A stretch of DNA of 63,984 bases, filler included. It is 10 parts of 10 records of this genome, joined end to end, with 100 filler letters (N's around TTAATTAATTAA, not from the genome) between each part and the next. Parts side by side here need not be neighbours in the genome. Positions count along the whole stretch, not along the records: positions 42,414 to 48,033 come from SRR31147125_106143; positions 48,134 to 53,255 come from SRR31147125_106147; positions 53,356 to 58,694 come from SRR31147125_106761; 7 more parts are not named here. The stretch is one strand, 5' to 3'. Positions 42,414-53,845 of this stretch are shown piece after piece. The notes below the pieces were generated by a model that saw nothing but the letters and a program-made list of their open reading frames with translations, searched no databases and was not told the DNA's origin. The first letter of the stretch is position 1, and each line of letters starts with the position of its first letter. The position numbers were made by a program, and so were the translations under genes.

Positions 42414-45400
42414 TTTTTCAAGTTTCCATTTTTATCATATGACTCAAATGTGACGTCCTTTATCAGGTTACCATTTTCATCATATTCGGCAACCACTTGA
42501 TATGTTCCATCAGCAAAACTCTTTATCTTCCAGTAATCAGCCGAGGAATCATAAGCCCCGTCCACATACTTGTTTCCGTATTCCTTGTAGAGCAGATAGT
42601 CTTCCATCAGCTCCGGGTTTTCCATTATCACACCCGGGCCGTAGTCGGCTATCAGGCGGTCTATGGTATCAACATGGCCCCGCACCGCCCGGCGGGTTTC
42701 CAGAATCTGGGCCAGACGCCCCTCTGTGATGCCGTCCCGGAAGGCTTCATGGTTCAGGGTGATCACCGAATCAAACAAGCTGTTTATATCGCTGAAGTCG
42801 GCGCCGTTGTTCAGAGTCACCGTTCTTATGCTGTCCTCAAGTTCCGTACGGGCTTTTCCGTCTCCGCCGGTACCGAGAATCAGATCGGTACTCCCTCTCA
42901 TCATATTTGCCGCCTGCCCTTTGGCGGCCAGACCGCCGTAGGCTCTCTGCATCCGGTTGAGCCGGGCCATCTCATCGGCGGTGACTCTGGTGCCGCTGAG
43001 TTCATTAACCCTTGTCGTGAATGATTCCGTGTTCTTTTGAATGTTGTGTTCCGCTCCCAGCACATACAATCCTTCGGTCACTGAAGCGAGCCTGCCGTAG
43101 TCGGCCCGAATCCCGCCGGAACCGAATCGGGAGGATATGCCGTCATTTCCGAGAGTCAGTTCAAGCAATCCTCCCTGCAGAGTTTTGTCGTTAATACTGA
43201 GACCGAACATGGAGAAATCCAGTATATTCAGGGTCGTTTGACCGGTCATGGCATACTCGGTGATTCCCCGGGCGGCACTTCCTGCAAAGGAGCCGATTGA
43301 GCCGACCCTACCCGCCATGCGTCCCCAGCCGCTGTTCCCGAGCTGCTTGATATAGTCATCCGTTAAAACCAGGCCGAAGGTACTGTCCAGAGCCGTATCT
43401 GCCATATTGCCTAATAAGGATGCGCCCATATTGTTCCAGCTTGTCATTGAGTTGAAGGTATTCATATCAAAACCGTTTTCCAGGTTTATGGCGTTGAGGG
43501 CGGCTCCGCCGTAGGTGTTTACAGCTGTCTGGAGTCCTGTCGTGCCGATATCGGCCGCTGTATCAAGAAGCCTGCCGCCGATCCCGTTTCCAAAGTTCAT
43601 GAGTTGGGAGACATCCAGTTTGTCAAATAACCCGCCTGTTGCCGTATTCAGCAATGCTGTTCCGGCTTTCTTGACAAATCCGAGAGCCGCCTGACCCTTA
43701 TCCATGATCCCTCTGCCGACATCCGCCATGGTAAAAATCACATCGTCAATAAGGTTGAACAGGACACCGCCAACACCTCCGGTCAGGAGAGAGCCGGCAA
43801 CGGTCATAACCAGATCCGTGATGGACCGCATGTTGGGAGCACCCAGAAATCCATCGGAATCTCCGTCGTTGTCGGCATCGTCGTCCCAGAGCTTCTGACT
43901 GTACCAGGGAGCGTCCACCGTAGAGAGTCCCCGGTAGAGCCGGGCCTGCTGGATCATGAAATCCCTGTAGATACGGCCCATCTCGCCGTAGCCTTCCTTC
44001 TTCACCTCTTCAGGATCTTCGTCTTCCATTTCGGGACCGTATCCTACATGGAAGTTGAACAGTCCCTTCGTATCGGTCTGATAGCCTGAATCGTGCCATA
44101 CCCCGTCATCATCTTCATAACCCCTGTCGTACTGAGCCAGGTCCGGAATGCCTCTTCCTGCCGGGTCAGGTGTTTCAGGAAGCTGCTGTCCAGGCCTGTT
44201 CTGATATCCACGGGATTCCCGTTTTCATCCGTTTCATTTCCGAAAATCAGCTTCAGATAGTTTTGCATGTTTTGCTGAGCTTTTTGGACCCGGGCCTGCA
44301 CAATCGCGCTGTTGAGCTGTTTCAGTTTTCCCGGGGACAGGTCGATGCCGTGTTTAAAGCCGGGGGCTTTATAATACCGGTACACTCCGATCTCCTGCCT
44401 TTCGGTTTCATCACCGCCCAGAAGAGAGGAGTCGATCAGAACCGTCCTGGAATACCGGGTTCCGCTGCGGACATATCCTCCGTCCGAGAGCTGTGAGTCG
44501 ACACTGTTCTCTACGTTTCGGTTGGCATCTTCAAGGCTGTCGACAACCATTTTGTCAGTCTCTTCCAGCATTTCCGTCATCCTGAGTGCCTGGGCCAGGG
44601 CGAGGGACTTCTTCAGGTTCTCTTTAAGCTCCTTCTGCTTCTCCGTCAGATCGTCCATTCGGGATGTGGTGTCCGGGACGGAGGGAATCACCGCGGCGAG
44701 GATGAAGTCATGATCTCCGGCCCGGGCGGTCATGCTCTGAATGCCGGCCATCATCCTGTACATGTTCCTGCCGTCCAGGGCGCCGGAGACCATGTCGGAA
44801 AGGCAGCCGGCTTCGACGGTGATGTCCGGGATGAGGCTGAAGCTCACTTCGCCGATAAGGCGGTCCGCTTCCAGACCCATGTCTGCGGCCATGGATTCAG
44901 CGCCCGAGGAGACTGCGTTTCCGGCGCTGTCCTTCAGCCACCTGTTCCTGTTGGCGATCAGCTTCCGGTATCTGGCCTCCCAGAGCTGTTCCTTGTATTC
45001 GTACTCCCGGGAGAAGTCCTGCCGCCATCGTTTCCGCTGACCGATAAGCCGTTCAGTGGAGCGGTTCCATTCTTCCATACCCGCTTCGGTCAGTTCCCCG
45101 GTGCGGGATTCCCAGTAGTCTCTCCGGCGATAGATCTCTTCCAGTCCAGTCTGCAGGTCATTGTACCGGTCCTGTTTGACCACATTCAGGCGGCTGCGGA
45201 AGGTTGTGATCAGATTCCGGCCGTAGGCTGCCAGGATGTTGCTGCGGGTGCTGCCTGAATAATCCGCTGCTTCCAGTATGGCTTCCCTTTTGTACGTCAG
45301 ATAGTCTTCTTTCAGGTAGGCGGGGGTACTGTAGAGGAGGAGGGCTGTCTGCCGGTACTTTTCCTTGTCGAAATCCCCTTCGGCATAAGCCTGCAGAAGC

Positions 45401-48033
45401 GACTTATACGCGTCATTCCGTTCCTGTGCCAGTTCAGCCGTCCGGCGGGAGGCATTCTGATCGATGACGGCTCCGATCTTTTCCAGTTCCGGTATCATAC
45501 TGTTCAGGGCGAGGGGGATGGATCTTCGGCCTGATTCGGTCAGACGGGCATATGCCGACTCAAGGAGGCTGGAGAGGCTGCTGTTCAGGGTAATCCCTGT
45601 GAGTTCCTCAATTGTGTTTCTGATCCCGGCGATAGTTGCGCCGCCGGAGCCGGTGAGTGATTCCATCTGTCCGGAACACTCTCTGAGCTTTTCACAGGCT
45701 GTGACTGCCGATCCGAAATACCGGACAGCATGGTTCCTCAGGGGATCTCCTTTGAAGCCCGCCGCGCTTGACTGGATCGTCTCTCTTTTACTCTGAATCT
45801 TTTTGCCCGGACCCCTGAAGCCGCCCCGGATTTTCCGTTTGAATCTTTTCTGCTGGCTGTAAGCCGCATCATCCAGATATTTCCATGCCAGATCCGACAG
45901 ATCCTTTTCCATGGCGGAGACAAGGGGGGATACAAACATCTCCGCCCTCATCATGACCTTGTAGAAGCTGTACAGCTTGTTCAAAGCCGGACTGCTGCTG
46001 ACTGTGTTGTAATCGCTTTCCGTGTTTTCCTTCAGCCACTCTTCAGGGCTGATAAAAACCTTGTAGATATCATTATTTGAGTTTATAAAAACTCTTCGGA
46101 TGTCTTTATATTCACCGTTTCGGTATTTTTCCAGATCTCCCTCATAGCCGATCTTGACGGATTTCCATAAATTCCCTCTTTGGTCCAGCAGGGAATCGTG
46201 AGTGGGTATTTCAAAAAGGTCGATGCTGTACTCTTCATTCCTTTTTTCAGGGGTGGTGATCCCGTCAAGTTCGTGGTAGAAGGCACAGGAGAACTGTTTC
46301 AGCAGATCCGAAATGTATTCGTCAATGAACTTCCTGTCGCCTGTCCTGCCCTGTCCGGATGCTTCCTGCTCCGCGGCGGATGTCAGGCTGTCCAGCCAAA
46401 GCAGAGTGTCCCGTGAAAAAACGGCCGATGCGTTCTCCTCTTTGAAATAGGCTTCGGTCAGCCTTTCCAGTTCGCTGTTGTTCCAGGCGGCAAAATCCGT
46501 CATCGGTTCGTCCATGATCTCTTCGGAATAGGAAAAACCCATATTGACCGTCTGTGTTTCTTCATCAGAGCCTGTGTAGGAGTAGGTCATCCGGAAGCAG
46601 TCCCCGATGCTTTCGGACAGGGTCTCCATTGTTCTGCCGTATTCCCGGTTCATGTCACCCAGCCGTTTGTTCAGTTCCTCCCTGGTATAGGTGAGGGTAT
46701 TTTTCAAGGAGAGGGTGTCCAGGCTTTCGGAGACATAGTCTTTCCAGGATTCATCGATCTCCGATTCGGTCTTGCCGCTGTCCCTGATTTCCCTGAGGAT
46801 CTTCAGGGCCCCGGCGGTTTTCTCATATTCCGCTTTGCGGTCTTCCCGGATGGTCCTGATGTCCAGGGAGCGGGGAGAGTAGGCGCACTGTGCGTAGTCG
46901 TGAATCTCTTCCGCCTGCTGGTAATCCGCAGAGGCTGTCCGGTAGGCAGCCGCAGCCGAATCCAGTTCCTGCCGGGCTGTCAGAAATCCCGACTGAAGAT
47001 GATCAAATTCACTCAGAACTGTTTCCCAGGCGGTCCGGGCGGATTGGAAGGTTTCATTTTTCCCTGTGAAGACAGCAAAATCCCGGTCAACCACTTCGGT
47101 TTTGTATGTTTCTCCCGATTGCCGGCTGACTACCAGGTCCGATTCCAGCTTTGACAGGTTTTTCCTATTGCCTCTCATCACGGCCGCCCGGCTGAGAATC
47201 TGCTGATAGAGTTCGGCGGAAGGGGCCGAGCCCTCTGCGGGGAGCTTGTCAAAAAGTGCATCGACGGCCCGGGTCAGAAGGCCGGTCACGAAACTGTACT
47301 CCGCTGCCGGATTTTCCTGTTCGGGTTCTATCCCTGCCAGCCGGGCCAGAAGCCGGGCATCGCTGCAGGATGCCTCCAGATCGGCGCAGACTTCCTCCAG
47401 TCTGCTGTAAAGGACGGCGGCGCTCCGGAAGAGCAGGCCTTCTGAATCCGCGGCGCTCCGGCCGTCTCCCGTCAGGATCAGGGTCCGCAGGTACTCCCGT
47501 TCCAGGAATCCCAGGTCCGGATATGCGGTGTCCATAAAGTCGTCGATGCTTCCGTCGGTCCAGGAGAGGTAGCTGTCCCGGCGGGTGTAGTCACGGGCCT
47601 GAAAATCCACCTCCTTCAGATCTTCCCTGGTTACGGGAAGACCCCGCGTATCAGCCGCAGCCAGAAAATCCTGCCAGAGCTGCTCTTCATCCGCGCCCTC
47701 TTCCAGGGCTTTTTCCGAAAAGGTCCGCCACTCCCGGAGGGTCCGGTAGAGTACCAGCTGCCGGACTTCATCGGCCAGCCCATGCTCTTCGTATCCTGCC
47801 AGGGCTTCATCGCTCAGAGGATCCTGTTCGATGACGGCCAGAAGTTCACTCAGCTCATCCAGGTCGGCTTCGCGTTGTTCCGGATCGGGCTGCACCGCCT
47901 TCAGTTCTTCGGAGAACTTCAGGGAAAAATACCGGTTCGTCAGATCGGTCAGGTGGGAGGGCATCATTCCGGTTCCGTTGAACCGGCGGTAGTACTCAGT
48001 CAGCTCCTCCAGGGTGGTGATTCCGCCGGCTTT
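42414..48033 (-). CDS. Internal part of a giant spirochaete-type protein (over 1,870 aa), split by one frameshift near 44140
   Basis: Both ORFs run to the contig edges. The second frame is already open upstream of its ATG (AQYDRGYEDDDG...GLFNFHVGYGPEM) and overlaps the end of the first. A helical region is followed by a Gly/Ala-rich region and HEAFRDG. Confidence 0.7.
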
Positions 48034-48133
48034 NNNNNNNNNNNNNNNNNNNNNNNNNNNNNNNNNNNNNNNNNNNNTTAATTAATTAANNNNNNNNNNN
48101 NNNNNNNNNNNNNNNNNNNNNNNNNNNNNNNNN
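48034..48133. other. Artificial contig spacer
   Basis: N44-TTAATTAATTAA-N44. Confidence 0.98.
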
Positions 48134-48339
48134 AGATCCTGGGGGGCGCCGCCAATGGAGGCGTATTGGAAGATCTGGCAGTTTTCGCCGATGGTGACAT
48201 GGTCTTCGATGGTGGTATAGGGACCAATGGAGGTGCCGGACCCGATGGTCACATCGGATTTTACAATGGCATAGGGACCAATGGTCACATTGTCGTCAAT
48301 CTGGACTGACGGATCGATAATCGCGGTTGGGTGAATCAT
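48134..48339 (-). CDS. lpxA: UDP-GlcNAc O-acyltransferase (truncated)
   Basis: MIHPTAIIDP hexapeptide repeats and FQYASIGGAPQD. Confidence 0.9.
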
Positions 48340-48341
48340 GG

Positions 48342-49388
48342 TTACTCCGAAGTGTTAATCTTGCTTTCCATCTGGCTGAACCGTTTTTCCAGGGCCAGCA
48401 GCTGCTTGCGCATGCCCGGCAGCCGGGAAATGATATTGGCGACTTTCAGCCAGGTTTTATGAGGCATATGGGGCATGCCGGAAACAATGTCGTGGGCAGG
48501 GATACTGGCGGAGACCCCGGCATGGGGGCCGACAATGGCATGGTCTCCGATGGTGATGTGGCCGGTAATGGCCGCTCGTCCGGCAAGGATAACCCCCTTG
48601 CCCACCTGAGTACTTCCGGCAATGCCGACCTGGGCCACCACCAGGGTGTTGTCTCCGATTTTTACATTGTGGGCAATGTGAACCTGGTTATCTATTTTAA
48701 CACCGCTGCCAATGCGGGTAACCCCCAGGGTGCCCCGGTCAATACAGGTGCAGGCTCCGATTTCCACATGATCTCCGATCTCTACCCGTCCGGTGTGGGC
48801 CTGCTTGGCATGGCCGGCACCGTCCTGGGTAAAGCCGTATCCGTCAGAACCGATGACCGCACCGGAGTGGACAACGGCGTTGCTGCCCATCTGCGTCAGG
48901 TCCATGATGGTCACATTGGGTTTGAGCACTGAATTCTCCCCGATACAGCACTGGTTCCCCACCACGGTGTTGGCCATGATGTGAACCCTGGGGCCGATGA
49001 CAACCTTGTCGCCCAGAACCACGTTGGCTTCAATGCGACAGCCCTGGCCCAGGGTCGTTTCGGATCCGATCACAGCACTGGGATGGACCTCTTCCACCAG
49101 GGGAGGCTGGGGGAAAAGATGGGCCACAACCTTGAAAAAGTCCAGTTTGGGATTGGGGCTGAACAAGAGGAAGGCCGGATCCGAAGGCCCGGGGGTATAG
49201 GTATCAGGCACAAGAATGGCTGTGGCATGGGTCTCAGGCAGCCGGGAAAGAAACCGGGGGTCAGCGGCAAATGTCAGATCACCGGGGCCTGCCTCCTCAA
49301 AGGAAGAGACCCCGGTGATTAACTGCTCACTGTCTCCGGATACCCGGGCCCCGGTGATACCGGCAATGTGTTCGAGGGTAAGGGACAT
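48342..49388 (-). CDS. lpxD: UDP-3-O-acylglucosamine N-acyltransferase
   Basis: IGSDGYGF, IDRGTLG, KIDNQVHIAHNV and QVGIAGS. Confidence 0.95.
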   Translation of the reverse strand: MSLTLEHIAGITGARVSGDSEQLITGVSSFEEAGPGDLTFAADPRFLSRLPETHATAILVPDTYTPGPSDPAFLLFSPNPKLDFFKVVAHLFPQPPLVEEVHPSAVIGSETTLGQGCRIEANVVLGDKVVIGPRVHIMANTVVGNQCCIGENSVLKPNVTIMDLTQMGSNAVVHSGAVIGSDGYGFTQDGAGHAKQAHTGRVEIGDHVEIGACTCIDRGTLGVTRIGSGVKIDNQVHIAHNVKIGDNTLVVAQVGIAGSTQVGKGVILAGRAAITGHITIGDHAIVGPHAGVSASIPAHDIVSGMPHMPHKTWLKVANIISRLPGMRKQLLALEKRFSQMESKINTSE

Positions 49389-49394
49389 TACACC

Positions 49395-49928
49395 TTATTT
49401 CTTTTTAGCGGTTTTTGCGTTGTAAAGTTTGATAACCTCATCGGTGATATCCACCTGGGCCGGAGCATAAATCACACCGCCAACCTTGCGTTCAATGATA
49501 AGCAAATAGCCCTGTTTTTTGCCCAGGTCATTGGCAATGGCAAAGACTTCTTTTTGCATGGTATTGATTCGTTGATTCTGCAAGGTTCGAAATTCCTGGG
49601 TGAAATCGGAGTTCATCCGTTTGAGGTTGTTCACCCGGTCTTCAAGTTCCCGTTGTTTGGCCCGTTTCTTTTCCGGGCTGAGCACAAGGGATTCTCTTTC
49701 AATGGCCAGGGAAAACTCTTCCACAGATTTTTTCTCTACATTCAGTTTCTTCTGCAATTCTTCCCATTTGGTTTTCAACTGCTTTTGCCCCACCTTGCCG
49801 GCACTGGATTCATTGAGAATTTTTTCAAAATGAATGACCCCGATTTTTGCCACATCCGCTGCAAATGCCGATGCGGAAACGCTTAGAGTAAGTGCCAGAA
49901 TAGCCAGGGTTGCAAAGGTTTTCTTCAT
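49395..49928 (-). CDS. skp: Periplasmic chaperone Skp/OmpH
   Basis: Signal peptide, KIGVI, coiled coil and VDITDEVI. Lies between bamA and lpxD, with a GGAGG RBS. Confidence 0.9.
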   Translation of the reverse strand: MKKTFATLAILALTLSVSASAFAADVAKIGVIHFEKILNESSAGKVGQKQLKTKWEELQKKLNVEKKSVEEFSLAIERESLVLSPEKKRAKQRELEDRVNNLKRMNSDFTQEFRTLQNQRINTMQKEVFAIANDLGKKQGYLLIIERKVGGVIYAPAQVDITDEVIKLYNAKTAKKK

Positions 49929-49961
49929 GTATTCCTCCAAATAACTTAAATAATAATCCTG

Positions 49962-52598
49962 TTAGAAAAACGCGCCGATGGAAAAGTCAAACTGGCCGTC
50001 ACCTGTACTTTTAGCATCCTTGCCTTCAAGGACAATGCCGTAGGCCAGGCGGATGGGGCCCATGGGTGAGTTCCAGCGCAGTTCAAATCCGGTACTGGAG
50101 TACATGTCAGCCAGATCAATGGTGTCGCCGGTGTCATACACATCCCCCCTGTCATAGAACAATACGCCGTAAACCCCTGCGTCTGCCTGGATGGGGAAAA
50201 CCAATTCCGCATTAAGCTGAATATACTTATCCCCGCCTTCCTGAATGGTAGAGTCTGAAGGCGTGGTGTTGATGTCGTACTTGTCAAATCCCCTGATGGA
50301 CTTGATACCGCCCAGGTAAAAATGTTCCCAGTCAATATCAGGATCCCCGCCGGTCCGGTCATCCAGGTAACCGCCTTTGGCGTAGAGGCCGCCGGACATT
50401 TTCCATAATAAGGGGAAAAACACAGCCGATTCCAGAGTGTACTTGGTAAAATCGATTTCACCGCCTAAAAATTCTCCGGCATATTCGATTCCGGCACGAT
50501 GGTACATCCCTTTGGACGGAACGAAAAAGTGGTTCCTGGAATCATAAAGAATATAGGGTTCAACGCTGGAGGACAGAAAATTACCTTCGGTCACATTGGT
50601 ATAGTCTTCGTCTGCATCTGAGATTTCAAAATGTTCTATATTGTAATTCATACCGATGGACGTGTAGTTCCAGATCCGCCGATAGGCAGATCTCAGGGTC
50701 AGGCCCATGGATTTTTTATCATAATAGTCATACTCGTAATCGTACTTGTATATATCAAAGCCGGCGGAGATGGGCTTGTCAAAAAGCCAGGGCTCGGTAA
50801 ACCCGATATTGAACAGCCCGGTGGTCCCGGAGATTCTGGCGGTAAATTTGAGGGTCTGGGCCTTGCCGAACAGATTCTTTTCTTCCACTGAGAACTGGCC
50901 AAAGGGACCGTCATCACTGCTGAATCCGCCGCCAAAAGAAAAGTTACCCGTGGCCTTTTCCTCCACTTTGACCTGCACATCCCGTTTCGTGGGGTCGCTG
51001 GTTTTCACCGGCTTGATATCTATGCTGGAGAAGTAGTCCTTCATGGTCAGGTTCCGGTTGGACCGTTGGATCCCCTTCATGGAGTACCGGCCCTGCTCTT
51101 CAATGGCCATTTCCCTTCGAATAACCTTGTCCCGGGTTTTGGCATTGCCTGTAATCAGGATCCGGTTGAAATAGACCAGCTCGTTCTGTGTGATTTTAAA
51201 AATCAGGTTAACGGTTTTGGTTTCCTCTATCCGTTTGATCAGGGGGGTTACTTCTACATTGGCATAGCCGTCATTGGCATAAAGGTCGTTGAGGGTGATC
51301 ATATCCTTTCGGACCATTTCCCGGTTGTAGAGTTCGGATTCCTGGGACACAATCAGGTCCATCAGTTCTTCCTTGGTGGTCAGGATATCCCCCTCAATGT
51401 CCACAAGCCCGGTTGTATACTGATCTCCCTCTTCAATCTTGAACCGAACGGTGATGATCTCCTCCCCGACCTCCACCTTGGCATCAGAGACTTTAACATT
51501 GATAAATCCGTTGTTTTTATACAGGGATTCTATGCGGATGACGTCGTTGTCCAACTCTGTTTCGTTGAGGTTGCCCGATTCGGTGAGAAAGGACCAAAAC
51601 CCTTTTTCCCGGGTTTTCATCACCTTTTTGATTTTTTTATCCGGAAAATACTGATTGCCCTCAAAAACAATCTGTTCAATGCGGATTTTTTCACCTTCAT
51701 CAATGGAGAAGACAATATCGGCCTGATCATTTTTTAATGATTTGACATCATAGGTGATTTTGCAATTATGATAATTTTTCTCAAAGTAGAGTTGTTTGAT
51801 TTTTTCAACGTCGCTGTTGATTTTATACAGGTTGAGGATGGAGCCTGTGGAGGTGGTCACAACATCAAAGAGTTCTTCATCCTCGTAGATATGGTTGGCC
51901 TCAAATTTGATGTTCCTGACACTGGGTTTTTCCTTGACCGTAAAAACCACTTCAACACCGCGGTCCAATTCGGTTTTTTCCACTGCCACATCATCAAAAT
52001 ACCCCATTTTATAGACCAGACCCAAATCCTGGGACAAGGTATCGGGGTTGAGAAGCTGCCCGGGTGTGGAGGAGATGACCCTTAAAATGGCATCCTCTTC
52101 CACCCGTTTATTCCCGGCAACGGTAATGGCCGCTATTATCTGTTTCTGGAAGAGTTCTCCAGTAATGTCACGCCCCAGGGCATTTACTGCTGCGGACAGG
52201 CTTTCCATGTCAGGGGATTGGGAGAAAAAGGGAAGGGGCGGCTTGTTTTCATATATGGAAACCATCTGGGCATCTATGCTCAGACGCTTTCCGGACATGA
52301 ACATATGGCCTGTAAGAATCCAGTCCACACCCAGGCGGATGCCTTCGGTACGGAATCTGTCATAGTCCCAGTCCGCATAATCGGTGAACTCAGGCAAAAG
52401 GATGACCTGGGCCCCGTCCTTTTCCAGCCGCTCTTTGAGCATCTTGGGGATGGACTGGGTAAGGGTGTCATTCTGGGTTTCTGCCTGGAGATCAAAGGGG
52501 AGTACTGCAACTTTGACCTGTGATGCGGCAAACAGGGTGTTGACCAGCACCAAAGACATCAGACAGACCAGTGTTAGGCCGACTCTAAATTTATTCAT
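49962..52598 (-). CDS. bamA: Outer membrane protein assembly factor BamA with extra N-terminal domain
   Basis: POTRA repeats, GNAKTRDKVIRRE, FTEPWLFD, IRGF, SPMGPIRL and terminal Phe. Confidence 0.95.
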   Translation of the reverse strand: MNKFRVGLTLVCLMSLVLVNTLFAASQVKVAVLPFDLQAETQNDTLTQSIPKMLKERLEKDGAQVILLPEFTDYADWDYDRFRTEGIRLGVDWILTGHMFMSGKRLSIDAQMVSIYENKPPLPFFSQSPDMESLSAAVNALGRDITGELFQKQIIAAITVAGNKRVEEDAILRVISSTPGQLLNPDTLSQDLGLVYKMGYFDDVAVEKTELDRGVEVVFTVKEKPSVRNIKFEANHIYEDEELFDVVTTSTGSILNLYKINSDVEKIKQLYFEKNYHNCKITYDVKSLKNDQADIVFSIDEGEKIRIEQIVFEGNQYFPDKKIKKVMKTREKGFWSFLTESGNLNETELDNDVIRIESLYKNNGFINVKVSDAKVEVGEEIITVRFKIEEGDQYTTGLVDIEGDILTTKEELMDLIVSQESELYNREMVRKDMITLNDLYANDGYANVEVTPLIKRIEETKTVNLIFKITQNELVYFNRILITGNAKTRDKVIRREMAIEEQGRYSMKGIQRSNRNLTMKDYFSSIDIKPVKTSDPTKRDVQVKVEEKATGNFSFGGGFSSDDGPFGQFSVEEKNLFGKAQTLKFTARISGTTGLFNIGFTEPWLFDKPISAGFDIYKYDYEYDYYDKKSMGLTLRSAYRRIWNYTSIGMNYNIEHFEISDADEDYTNVTEGNFLSSSVEPYILYDSRNHFFVPSKGMYHRAGIEYAGEFLGGEIDFTKYTLESAVFFPLLWKMSGGLYAKGGYLDDRTGGDPDIDWEHFYLGGIKSIRGFDKYDINTTPSDSTIQEGGDKYIQLNAELVFPIQADAGVYGVLFYDRGDVYDTGDTIDLADMYSSTGFELRWNSPMGPIRLAYGIVLEGKDAKSTGDGQFDFSIGAFF

Positions 52599-52633
52599 AA
52601 ATTTTTTTCCATAAAATTTAGGTTTTCCGACAG

Positions 52634-53254
52634 CTATGCCGGGGTGATCAAACCATCCTTCAAGGTCACTTTTCTATCCATATAACCGGCTAATTTGGGA
52701 TTGTGAGTGACCACCACGATGGTCATGCCCAATTCCCGGTTTAACTCAAGCAACAGCCGATGAACGCCTTCACTGTTCTTTTCGTCCAGGTTCCCCGAAG
52801 GCTCATCCGCCAAAAGCAGATCCGGAGAATTGACCAGGGCCCTTGCAATGGCAACCCGCTGCTGTTCTCCTCCGGACAGATCCTCCGCCCGATGGGTCAG
52901 GCGCAGGCCAAGTTCTACTCTTTCAAGCATATTTACGGCCTGTTTTTCAATAGTTTTTTTGGGAAGGCCGCTAATCAGACCCGGCATCATCACGTTTTCC
53001 AGGGCTGTAAATCCCCGGAGCAAATAGTGAAATTGAAAGACAAAGCCGATGTTCTGATTTCTGAACCGGGCCAGCTTCTCCTCTGACAGACCGAGCAGGT
53101 CTTCTCCCTGAAAAATGATCCGGCCGGCATCGGGCCGGTCCAGGGTGCCGATGAGGTTGAGCAAAGTGGATTTTCCAATACCCGATGCCCCAACCACGGC
53201 AATGGTGTCCCCCTTTTCAATATCCAGATCTGCCGATTTTAAGATCTCGACGGC
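52634..53254 (-). CDS. lolD: Lipoprotein-releasing ABC ATPase LolD-like, 5' truncated
   Basis: GASGIGKST, IGFVFQFHYLL, LSGGEQQR and ADEPSGNLD. Directly upstream of bamA. Confidence 0.85.
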   Translation of the reverse strand, partial: AVEILKSADLDIEKGDTIAVVGASGIGKSTLLNLIGTLDRPDAGRIIFQGEDLLGLSEEKLARFRNQNIGFVFQFHYLLRGFTALENVMMPGLISGLPKKTIEKQAVNMLERVELGLRLTHRAEDLSGGEQQRVAIARALVNSPDLLLADEPSGNLDEKNSEGVHRLLLELNRELGMTIVVVTHNPKLAGYMDRKVTLKDGLITPA

Positions 53255-53255
53255 A

Positions 53256-53355
53256 NNNNNNNNNNNNNNNNNNNNNNNNNNNNNNNNNNNNNNNNNNNNT
53301 TAATTAATTAANNNNNNNNNNNNNNNNNNNNNNNNNNNNNNNNNNNNNNNNNNNN
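53256..53355. other. Artificial contig spacer
   Basis: N44-TTAATTAATTAA-N44. Confidence 0.98.
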
Positions 53356-53357
53356 AA

Positions 53358-53717
53358 GTTTTCGACTTCTCCGATTTGGGTAAAGGTAGCTACTGTTTGT
53401 GTGTTAATTTTGGTAACCGCAGTGTAAGCCGCATTATAACTGTTAAAAAACAAGGTGTTTCGGTTGGAGCTCCTCAAAGGCTTTTTGCGCCAAGTTTTAT
53501 TTTGAAAGATAAAACACTTAATATTTCACTTTATAATTGTCCGCAAAAACCTGTTTATCTTAGTGTGTATCAGCAAGGGAAATATGTTGATGGTGCTGTT
53601 TTGGGAAGCGGATTAACAGTTCATAAACGACTCGATCTTTCACGTCTTGAAAAGGGTAAATATGAAATTGTGGTTACTGATTATTTTAAAGACCACCAAT
53701 TTGTTGCTCAGCTATAA
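53358..53717 (+). CDS. Secreted two-domain Ig-like protein, paralog of the next gene (5' truncated)
   Basis: VFDFSDLGKGSY..VNFG and HKRLDLSRLEKGKYEIVVTD align with the downstream ORF. Confidence 0.7.
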   Translation, partial: VFDFSDLGKGSYCLCVNFGNRSVSRIITVKKQGVSVGAPQRLFAPSFILKDKTLNISLYNCPQKPVYLSVYQQGKYVDGAVLGSGLTVHKRLDLSRLEKGKYEIVVTDYFKDHQFVAQL

Positions 53718-53845
53718 CGTTTGTTTCCGGCTGGTAGCGTTAAAATGACATTTATCTCCTTTAAACTGCTATTCGTCGACAAATATTGTTTTGTAGCTCT
53801 CTTATGTGGTAGTTTTGATATTGAAAACAATTAAACAGTAAGATC

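Noticed and set aside
44030..44200. Programmed ribosomal frameshift joining the two giant ORFs
   Set aside because: No slippery heptamer is evident, and single-base losses occur on several contigs, so sequencing error is more likely.
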